A DNA stretch of 39,626 nt from Pelomyxa schiedti (taxonomy: Eukaryota > Protista > Evosea): assembly GCA_020536535.1 (NCBI GenBank), contig JAHLWZ010000948.1:1-39626 (forward strand). The letters are read 5' to 3'. Made by a program: the position numbers and the translations under genes. Below, in pieces: positions 1-9,343 of the stretch (the stretch's first letter is position 1; each line of letters begins with the position of its first letter). Under the pieces are notes generated by a model. That model saw only the letters and a list, made by a program, of their open reading frames with translations, was not told where the DNA came from and did not search any database.

Positions 1-2707
1 TTTTCAAAACCTCTCGGCAAGGGTCTTGGTTTTTTTTTTTTTACCTCTTCCTAATAGAATGCCTTCTGAAGCGCCGTCTAAGGAAGTATCACGTGCATTT
101 CTGAAGCCCAGGTAAGTCTTAACATAGTAGGTTACTGGCTGTTCTCATTCCTTTACCAGAATCAGCAAATTCGGCGGTAATGACTTGGCGTCTACATTGC
201 CACAGGAGGCAGTACGCAGCACCAACCAATTTTTGGAGAGAATATCAATGGTTGATGCTTCAGCACCTCCAGCAGTATTCCCATGGAGTTTTATATTTCA
301 TAATCGAATGAAGTCAATGCAAGATATCTTATCAGCAGTATGGAATATCATCGTAAAAAAGCAATACAAATCACCATGAGTACAGTCCAAAGCTCATAGG
401 CTCGTTGACTTCACAGAATTCGCCCTGAATGTGTCTGATGTTGCCCTAAGACCACGGTACATCATTACTGGATGTACATCATTAATAGTTATATAAATAG
501 CAATAGTAAAGAGTAATTATTTAGGCACAAGGAAATATTGCGAGAATTGAACTCCTACGCTAATTCGCACATATGTGATCTTGACAATTCTCTCATTGGC
601 CTGCAACCATCTTCCTTGTTTCTTTCCGAGATGGCGAAAGCCCAAGCCGCAGCGGTTAAATAATGCCCTGCTGCTTTGTTGCCTCACCTCAAACAGAAAT
701 CCTCTACACTTAAAGTATCTGATTTGAATTTTAATTCTGCACCTTCTTTGTTGGACCTGATTCAATCATGGGCAGCAGTGTCAGATGACCACGTATTCAA
801 ATCCTAGATCTATGCTCTTTACTTACCCTTGTATTAAATAGGTTATTGCAGAAAATGTGCGAAGCCTGTCTTCTATGGTGCCTGATACAATGAGGGTGTT
901 AACCAAAGGAACTCTTGTCCTGGTGAAGCACAATATTACGGTATCTCTCTTCCTACTGTGCTGAGAACTCATATATCTAGACCTTTGTTCCATTTGAAGG
1001 AGCAACGATTACAAATGCACTTGTTTTTGCCCGCGTGAAGGATACTTCCAAAGCGGGAGAAGTGGTGAAAGTCAGTGTTAATCCTGAAGAGAACGACACT
1101 CATGTTGTGGATCGTTTGAATGTGACAGTTGTGCCACCTGCTCTTTTCACGTGTATCAACACCTCAAAATCGATGGAAAAATTTGCCGTGGTATGCTTTT
1201 GACCTGGAAGGGAAAATATTCAAGCCCCACTCTTACAGGATCAATGCGATACTGTTTTTCAAGGCACTTCTTCAGCTCTTACCAAGAAAGTGGACTCACA
1301 ACTCGAGTGTCAAGGCCTTGATACGACTATTATTAAGAAGGTTATACGACAAGACATGAAGAATGCAGAATACAAGACCCTTGATGTTTGTACTGACTCT
1401 CGTCCAAACGGTTTTAATGACTTTTTGCTTTACCAGTGTCTTATAAGACAGCTTGCCGATATGTGTTCAAATACTGACCCGAGTATTGTTGAGTTCACTG
1501 ATAGGGCAGATCATACGATGAGAGATTTTATTGTATGCTGCGTTTTATTCAATGAAATCTAACACTAAGAAGAGTAGAGTTAAAAGTGGTGAGATACGAA
1601 TATTTCCCGCAACCAAGGAGATACAGTTGACTCAGCTTTCAAATATCAACTTTCGGACCCTCTCAAACAACATCCTCAAGTCATACCTTGGTATCTTCCG
1701 AGGCCCGCGCCAAGCTAACAGTTCCTTCAAGGTGCCTGCCAAGGAATGCTAGAAGGCTATCAACTACAAAAAAAGGATTTACTCAACGGTTCGATGAAAA
1801 AAAATATTACAGACTGGTACCTCAAACGCATTAAGGCAAAATCCTCTGGTAATACATACAACCAATAATTATTGACTAGGACCAAGTGAATGTTTTCTTA
1901 ACATCAAGGAACTACGATTTCTCTGCTGTTCCTACGAATTACCTTGAAGAAATGCCATCAAATCTAGACACAGTAAGAAGAAATCTCGAAATTATCCAAT
2001 CAGTTCTGGGTGCTGAGAAGATGAAAGATGTTAGTGCCTCGTAAACCAAGAGGAAGAGTAATAATTTCAATAGGAGCTCATTCAACTTGTGGAAGGCTTA
2101 ATGAGTGAAATTTATGGAAAACTAGATGTTTACTGTGATCTCATGCAGGTTATCTTGCCAAATGAAGTAAAACCAATCTCACGGAAGAAAAAAGTCAGTG
2201 TTATGTGAGGAGCTAAATATTCCCAGTGACCAATTTCAAGTTGAAGAGGCACAACGCAAATTCGAGTCACTTCCAGAAAGCAAAGATATAACCCAAGGTA
2301 CTTTAATTCCTTCATAAGTACTCAGACTCACAAGGATGAAGGGAAAGGAAAGCTGATAAATGACCTTCTTAAAGACATCAAGTACACTAATAGAATGAAA
2401 TACTTGGATAAAACACCCACAGAAAAGGTAACTTCTTATATAGCACAAATACCCCTGCACACCACTCCGCAGGTTGGAATAGACGTAGTTCCCATCTCAG
2501 GCCTCATTGTGGGAAGGCTCTGCCGATTTGAAAACGAGCTCAAAACAGTACTCCAGGTACCAATGTTGAATATTAGCACAAACTACATCGCATCGCCTAT
2601 GCGTTTTATTATTATCAAGTTTCAGCTTCCACTAGTAATTAATTTTCACCTATGAACAGGTATGGGAGAAGCCAAAGCCTGCTGTATCTACAACCCAGTT
2701 GTCATAA
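1..2707 (+). CDS. Multi-exon hypothetical protein, 5' end probably upstream of the window
   Basis: Chain of short + strand ORFs separated by GT..AG introns (e.g. gtaagt at ~112 to ccag at ~159). The last exon GTATGGGAG...TCATAA ends at 2707. The ATG at 59 follows a polypyrimidine/TAG acceptor, so the gene likely starts earlier. No family motif recognised. Confidence 0.55.
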
Positions 2708-2805
2708 CACTGAGTTACTGTACTTATAGAGTGGGTAAAAAAATGCTTTGGGTCTGTCATCCAGACCGACTTATTTTCGTCCTCCTTTAGAGAATAAGGG
2801 TTCTC

Positions 2806-4898
2806 TCACAAGTTAAGAAGGCTAGTCATGCTGAAATCAGGTAAAAGGAAGTTTCTGGCTGCTGCCTCTGGTCTGATTGGAGGTGGGCCACCACTTGAGG
2901 ATTGGTTACGAGAGAGGTCATGCACAAGGGTGGAGTAGGTCTGTCTGAATGCGTGTATGATTACAGACAGGTGCAAAGCGGACACACGGCCGGTGCAATT
3001 TATATCGATGTCCAGGGGGTCCATGATTGTCATGGGGTGGCTTGGGGTTGTTTGGGTGGTGGGTGTGTTGGTAGTCACTGTGGTAGAAGAGGAAGTGAGT
3101 GGTTCTTCAGCACTCACTTGGCTTGGTACTCTTTCCACAGTTGTTGATGTGCCGGGTGCACTTGTCTTCTCTGTTGTAATACTAATATCAGAAGTGGGCT
3201 TAGAGAGTTTCTCCTCACAACCTCCAAGCCTGATGGATACAACATTTTTGGTGAAATCGAAGCACCATCCGTATTGGTAAAGGAAATCCAGAAGGTTACG
3301 GCCCAGTTGACAGGAATCCTCGGTTCTTGGAAGTTCATTGGTTGCACATTTAGCATTGCACTCTGCTGTGGCAAAGTCAGGTTTTACCCACTCAAAGATT
3401 CCTCCTTCTAGTGCTTTCCCTCCAGAGGTAGTAACGCCCTTAGAGTGTGCAGATTCAATCAAAGCCTTGCTTTGCAAATTCGGTAGTATTCCCCGAGTTT
3501 GAAGGAAAAAAAGTAATAGCAGACCAAGCGAATAAGATGAAAATAAACCCTTCTTGCTGTTAACGATTCCACAAGCCTTGCCCCACAGTTTTAATGCAAA
3601 TCCCAAGGTCCACACAGTCTTCTTAATGGAAAAGTAGTCCGACAGTAGTTGGGAGTTGTGTATTCCATGGTTTCGGTCCAGAACTACATCAAACGCGATA
3701 TCATCTCCCTTCATCTTGGTCTGACGAATTATTGGCACTCGAGCCTCAGCAACAACAACAGGGGATCGCGCGACTCCAATAGTCTGCAGTGCTACACAGA
3801 GGCGTTGCAACTCTTGCACCTCATTATTGGTCGTTCCATCTCTATGCACAGTGTCACTGTTTGTAAGCACGGCAACGTCCAGGTCGCTCCCAGGTGAATA
3901 TAACCCCGTTTTGAACGAGCCAAAAGGTATAGCGACAGCATTGCTCCATAGAGTGCGAGCAGCGGCCTCAATTTGGCTGCATAGCTTAATGTACGTGGCA
4001 GTAGATGCCGGAGTTGGGCCGTATTTCGTGCATAAAGATGACAGGTGGGTGGAAAAAGCTGAAAGAGCGGTTGAGTCCAAGGAAGCATGGGGAGGATGTG
4101 CCTGCGAAGAGATAGACGCCAACAGCGAAGCCTGAGAGGAATGCACTACAAACTTATGCGCATCTAGCTCCTTTTTCGGCATTATTTCTCTGCATGTGTA
4201 GCATCTCTCGTTTCCTGATCTAGTTGGCAGGAGAGGAGGGGAAAAAAAAAGGGAAAAAGGAGATACTCACTGGATTTTGCCGGCCTAACGGTAAGAGTGC
4301 AGTCATTGAACGCCAAGCTCATGTTCTTGGCCCTATACATTGTCTTCTTGTCCCGCACATACACGAACGCGTTCTTCCTCTTCACCTTGACGCAGGCGCT
4401 GCCGTCGCTCACCGTCTGCTCGCCACCCATAATCACCTTCACCTGCAGCGGCACGACCCCCCTCGCCTCGAACAACCCGCGCACGCCCTCCTCCGTCGCC
4501 TCGAGCGGCAGCCCGCCCACCCACAGGACAGGCCTCAGCTCCGCTTCCCCGCCGTCGTCCCCGTCCCCTACGCCGTCCACGTCCGCAACGCCATCGCCCT
4601 CGCCATCGCCATTGCCACCATTTGCGGTGCTGCAACTTGTTTTGGTTGCCTTGCCACTTGCGGACGCCGTTGGAGCGGGCGTGTCGAGGGGAGAGCGGCC
4701 CGGCTGCTGTGGTGCATTGGGCGAGTTGTCGAACAACTGGTTGGTGTCTGCCTGGGTGTCGACAGCAAGACCCGCAGAGCCAGTGTACGCCAGTCGCGAG
4801 GTGCCGCGCCCCCTAGCCCTCGTTGGAACCCCTCCTCTTCCCCTATCGTATCTTGTAGTATACGGCCGGTACAAGTTCCCTCGAGACCTGTTCGACAT
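2806..4898 (-). CDS. Non-canonical poly(A)/poly(U) polymerase (Cid1/TUTase family) with N-terminal RG-rich region, RRM and C2H2-type zinc finger
   Basis: Pol-beta NTase motif PFGSFKTGLYSPGSDLDV, third Asp in FDVVL, GLFSSYSLGLLLLFFLQ, and PAP-associated NRM IMDPLDIDINCTG. RRM (LWVGGLP...NAFVYV) lies in ORF 4182-4898. Intron 4270-4215 (gtgagt...atcag) joins the two ORFs in frame and creates CYTC-x11-H-x4-H. Confidence 0.88.
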
Positions 4899-5116
4899 GA
4901 AGACGGTGTCTTCTTGTTTGCTTTTTTGAATTTTCTTCTGATGTCTTGAGGGCTGGTTCTATTCTATCTTTCTTTTTTTGGTAGTGCACAAAGGCGTACC
5001 GCACTGAATAGCGAACCTTGCTGGTAAGTACATGAAGTGGGCCCGCAGCTAATAATCAAATAAATTATCCAACGAGGTGCCACCAACCTTGATTGCATTG
5101 CCGTCTTTCATTGCCA

Positions 5117-6825
5117 ATGTTCCCGGCAATTCCATGGGAAGTTGTGGTCCTCTCTTTGTCTCTTGGTGGAACAGTCATAAAGAACAGTTTCTACAGCACT
5201 TTGTTTGGTGAATATAGGAATATCCAGGTGTACCTACCACCTGGAAGTGAATCCTACGTCGAGTCATCTCTACCACTAGCTTTATTCCTGTATGCATGCG
5301 TACTTGAGAGTTGATTGCAAATCTTGTATTTTTGGATAAAAACATTACCTCCCCAAGTCCAGGAACTGAACTGAATGAGACGGATTATCCAGAACTATTT
5401 TCCACAGTGGATGAACTCATACAGCTTGGCACTATCAATCCTATAGTGGTAGTTAAGATTGATGGCAACTGGTATCCTCCTCCAACTGTATCCTGGGATT
5501 GCACTGCAATGTAGAATTTCCCGAACTGTTATTTAAACTCACTGTGTTAAGGCCAACCTGGTATAATAATAATAGTGCAATCGGAGATTTTCACGTAATT
5601 CCTCTTAAATACTCTTTGCATAATCTAAAATGAAGAATGCAGGGCCTTATTGTGAATGAATTACTTCCCTACCTTTTCAGCAACTATCCAGCAATAGACT
5701 CATCGAGGATTGCTATCACGGGACATTCTGCAGGAGGATGGGGAGCCCTATCCCTCGGCGTTCGATTCCCAGAAGTATTCAAAGCAATAGTAGCAATGTC
5801 CCCTGTGTGGTCGCTGGCCAAGATTGCCTACGATCTCGTTGATAACCCAGCAGCATCTTGGCTCAGAGTAGTGGATTATTCTGCACTGCCGCCTTCCACA
5901 ACACAATCTCCAGAAAATGGATACTTCAGGTATGACCCATTGCGATAACTCGGCACCTAACAGGAATTTCAGTGATGTCCAGTTCAAGTTGTGCTATGCC
6001 GCTTCTCCAGCTTCTTCTTTTCACCGTATTGGAGGAGACTGGAGCGGATCCTTTTCTTTGTCAGATGTGGACAATTTTGTAGTTGGCCACCCGGTGGCCT
6101 CGTCGATTGAAAACGTTACCCTTGATGAGCAGGTAAAACCATTCGTCATGTAAATACTGAGTACGCACCAAAGGTCGTTGAGAGAATTGCCCTGCTTGAC
6201 GTAGTGAAGTGGATAAATAAAGAACAGCTTGCGCAATGGAATTCTCTGTTTTACTTTGATGTCGGAATGTTAGTTCCTAAGTCACGAGTGCCGCTAACAT
6301 TGATAGGTACGACCCTTTACTCCTTACCTCCGCAAATGAAGAGGCACACGATTTCCTCAGTCAACAGGGAATAGAGCATCACTTCGAGGTAACTTCTCGT
6401 CACTATTTTTGTTTGGAACAAAACCATTCTGTGCTCACGGCAGGTTTTCAGTTCAGGAATAGGATGCCTCAACTGCAGTGGGAATGTTAACCCCGCCACT
6501 GGGAACTGTACAGAACCCAATGTTTACATGTATGATCTGCCTCCCTTAATATGTGAATGACAGATGGCAGGTGTGGGCAACACTTTGCTGATTGGGATAA
6601 CATGAAACATGGTGCGTGTATCAGTAAGGCATATAATGGTTTGCCGTACGTTGGAGCAATCAAATCCAGGCTTCAGGTGGCCCTCCCACTCTTGAATGAG
6701 GTGTGTTTGTTTGCTCAGCATTTATCCAACTAATACCAAAAAAGGCTCTTAAGGATTCTGTGAGCACCAGTGCTGCACCCCCCACAAACTGTCCTACATT
6801 CCTCCTGGTTCTGATGATTGTGTAA
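5117..6825 (+). CDS. Alpha/beta-hydrolase putative esterase (Fes/XynC-like family), multi-exon, possible signal peptide and hydrophobic C-terminal tail
   Basis: FYSTLFGEYRNIQVYLPPG, IVNELLPYL, nucleophile elbow IAITGHSAGGWGAL, candidate catalytic His in GQHFADW, and C-terminus RLQVALPLLNEAL...FLLVLMIV*. Start and last exons are inferred. Confidence 0.75.
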
Positions 6826-7064
6826 GAGTGGTGGTCTAGGAGAGGGACGTTGTGGACTGAATAGTGTTGCTGTTCTCATATGTTTGTGTTTGCTTATATA
6901 ACAACTTTGTCTTAACTATTTACACGATACAGAGGGGGTTTATAAGGTGGGTCGGTTGGCTGGTGCCTGTTAGCTTGAACACACTCGTTCCCGTGAATGA
7001 CCATAATTAGTTGGCCAACTTGGCGCCCAATCACCGCGGCAAGATTCCCTGAATCCATCGGCCA

Positions 7065-7343
7065 TCACTCCTCACAGTTGTCTTGTAGGTATTTCTCAAA
7101 GTGTTTTGTATCCAAAATGCACCCCTTTGTGCGGCGTCACAGGAGATGGGTAAAAAAAAACAAGGTTCCCACCTTGGTCAAGGCTGAGGCACCTTCACTA
7201 TCGATTTGAGACTGCCAAAAAGATCTTGTGGAGTGGTCTGTCACTCTCAGAATGAAGTTGTGCGCGGCCGACCCTTTGCAAAACTCAATGTGAAGCGCCG
7301 ACAACTCTATCTTTACATCCGTTACGCTGGTCGTGGCTGCCAT
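7065..7343 (-). CDS. Mirror copy of the small two-exon gene in left arm
   Basis: Reverse complement of 8840-9118. Confidence 0.45.
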
Positions 7344-7387
7344 CTTATCTGTGACGTACGACGCTTTTGGGTTTAAAAGCGTTGAGA

Positions 7388-7997
7388 AACTAACTTTGGG
7401 ACTCACACTAAAAAATTCGTTTTGATGAATCAGAGTGTTGTTCTCAGTCGGGGGTGGATGGAAAAATCTGCTCTTTTGGATTTAGCTGGCCCAAAGGGTG
7501 GACCAGAAAATGTGCTTGGTCCTGCAGCAGTCTCTGTGCCCTGAAGGGAGAAAGGAATTTTTTTTGCCCAAAAGTGCCCTGGTCCAGAAAAAAAAAAATC
7601 CGGTCCGGAAAAATAATTCTTTTTTTCTGTGAAATAAACACACATGCAGCAGGCACAGAGGACATTAAATGTGCATGGCAATGCTGTTGTAGTCACCCAT
7701 AACAAGTTGTACTGAGATGGCACAGTGTCTCTCTGGAGGTGACTTGTCCTCAGTGTGACGTTGACTCAATACCTTGGTTTTAAGTCATTACTGTTGCTGG
7801 TTGTGACAATAATATTGAGTTGTCCATGTTACAACAAGCTCTGACAACCACATGCCTCACACCCTGTGACAAAACCACAGGCCACAGAAATTCACAGAAA
7901 AAAAGTATTTTTTTTACGGACCGGCTTTTTTTCCCCTGGACCAGATTTTCCTTTTTTGGACCAAAAACCCCCTAGTGTGAGTCCCAGAAGTGTAGTT
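7388..7997. mobile_element. MITE-like ~600-bp sub-element nested in left arm
   Basis: Perfect 14-bp IR TGGGACTCACACTA (7397-7410) / TAGTGTGAGTCCCA (7973-7986), extendable with two 1-nt gaps. Degenerate ~54-bp internal IR at 7580-7633 / 7891-7943. Repeated GGACC/GGTCC motifs. Confidence 0.55.
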
Positions 7998-8185
7998 GAC
8001 TACAACACCAAGTTGGTTTGGTGTGTTCTGTGAGTAATCCCGTTGAAAAAGTGGGAATAGGAAGACCACCATTAGTAAATCGAAACTTACTACTACTTAT
8101 TCTTGGGAGAGCATTCATTGGTCAATAAACAAGTCGTGATTGGTTTTACTCGACTTAGAAAATGCATTTCACAGAATTTGTAGTT

Positions 8186-8795
8186 AACTACACTTCTGGG
8201 ACTCACACTAGGGGGTTTTTGGTCCAAAAAACGAAAATCTGGTCCAGGGGAAAAAAAGCCGGTCCGTAAAAAAAATACTTTTTTTCTGTGAATTTCTGTG
8301 GCCTGTGGTTTTGTCACAGGGTGTGAGGCATGTGGTTGTCAGAGCTTGTTGTAACATGGACAACTCAATATTATTGTCACAACCAGCAACAGTAATGACT
8401 TAAAACCAAGGTATTGAGTCAACGTCACACTGAGGACAAGTCACCTCCAGAGAGACACTGTGCCATCTCAGTACAACTTGTTATGGGTGACTACAACAGC
8501 ATTGCCATGCACATTTAATGTCCTCTGTGCCTGCTGCATGTGTGTTTATTTCACAGAAAAAAAGAATTATTTTTCCGGACCGGATTTTTTTTTTTCTGGA
8601 CCAGGGCACTTTTGGGCAAAAAAAATTCCTTTCTCCCTTCAGGGCACAGAGACTGCTGCAGGACCAAGCACATTTTCTGGTCCACCCTTTGGGCCAGCTA
8701 AATCCAAAAGAGCAGATTTTTCCATCCACCCCCGACTGAGAACAACACTCTGATTCATCAAAACGAATTTTTTAGTGTGAGTCCCAAAGTTAGTT
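8186..8795. mobile_element. Mirror copy of MITE-like sub-element in right arm
   Basis: 14-bp IRs at 8197-8210 and 8773-8786. Confidence 0.55.
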
Positions 8796-8839
8796 TCTCA
8801 ACGCTTTTAAACCCAAAAGCGTCGTACGTCACAGATAAG

Positions 8840-9118
8840 ATGGCAGCCACGACCAGCGTAACGGATGTAAAGATAGAGTTGTCGGCGCTTCACATTGAGT
8901 TTTGCAAAGGGTCGGCCGCGCACAACTTCATTCTGAGAGTGACAGACCACTCCACAAGATCTTTTTGGCAGTCTCAAATCGATAGTGAAGGTGCCTCAGC
9001 CTTGACCAAGGTGGGAACCTTGTTTTTTTTTACCCATCTCCTGTGACGCCGCACAAAGGGGTGCATTTTGGATACAAAACACTTTGAGAAATACCTACAA
9101 GACAACTGTGAGGAGTGA
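8840..9118 (+). CDS. Small two-exon gene or gene fragment carried in right arm (76 aa; weak resemblance to XRCC4/SAS-6/CCDC61-type head domain)
   Basis: ATG 8840, exon 8840-9010, intron 9011-9058 (gtggga...caaag), exon 9059-9118. Product: MAATTSVTDVKIELSALHIEFCKGSAAHNFILRVTDHSTRSFWQSQIDSEGASALTKGCILDTKHFEKYLQDNCEE*. Confidence 0.45.
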
Positions 9119-9343
9119 TGGCCGATGGATTCAGGGAATCTTGCCGCGGTGATTGGGCGCCAAGTTGGCCAACTAATTATGGTCATTCACGGGAACGAGT
9201 GTGTTCAAGCTAACAGGCACCAGCCAACCGACCCACCTTATAAACCCCCTCTGTATCGTGTAAATAGTTAAGACAAAGTTGTTATATAAGCAAACACAAA
9301 CATATGAGAACAGCAACACTATTCAGTCCACAACATCCCTCTC

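Larger units (their letters stand above)
6817..8005. repeat. Left arm (1189 bp) of long inverted repeat
   Basis: Reverse complement of 8178-9366. Mirrored ORF coordinates all sum to 16183, so no indels. Only three mismatches seen (6848/9335, 7951/8232, 7998/8185). Confidence 0.97.

Noticed and set aside
4180-4184. Prokaryote-like translational coupling at TAATG
   Set aside because: A canonical intron joins the ORFs and builds a zinc finger, which is the simpler explanation.
4224-4949. Long + strand ORFs (241 and 210 aa)
   Set aside because: Antisense shadows of the GC-rich RRM exon.
7406-7977. CACTA/EnSpm element (CACTA...TAGTG)
   Set aside because: Complementarity extends outward rather than inward from CACTA and there is no 3-bp TSD, so CACTA is internal to the IR.
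7430-8753. 97-aa, 82-aa and 73-aa ORFs duplicated in the arms
   Set aside because: Phe/Lys-rich translations of A/T tracts in the repeat; no transposase features.
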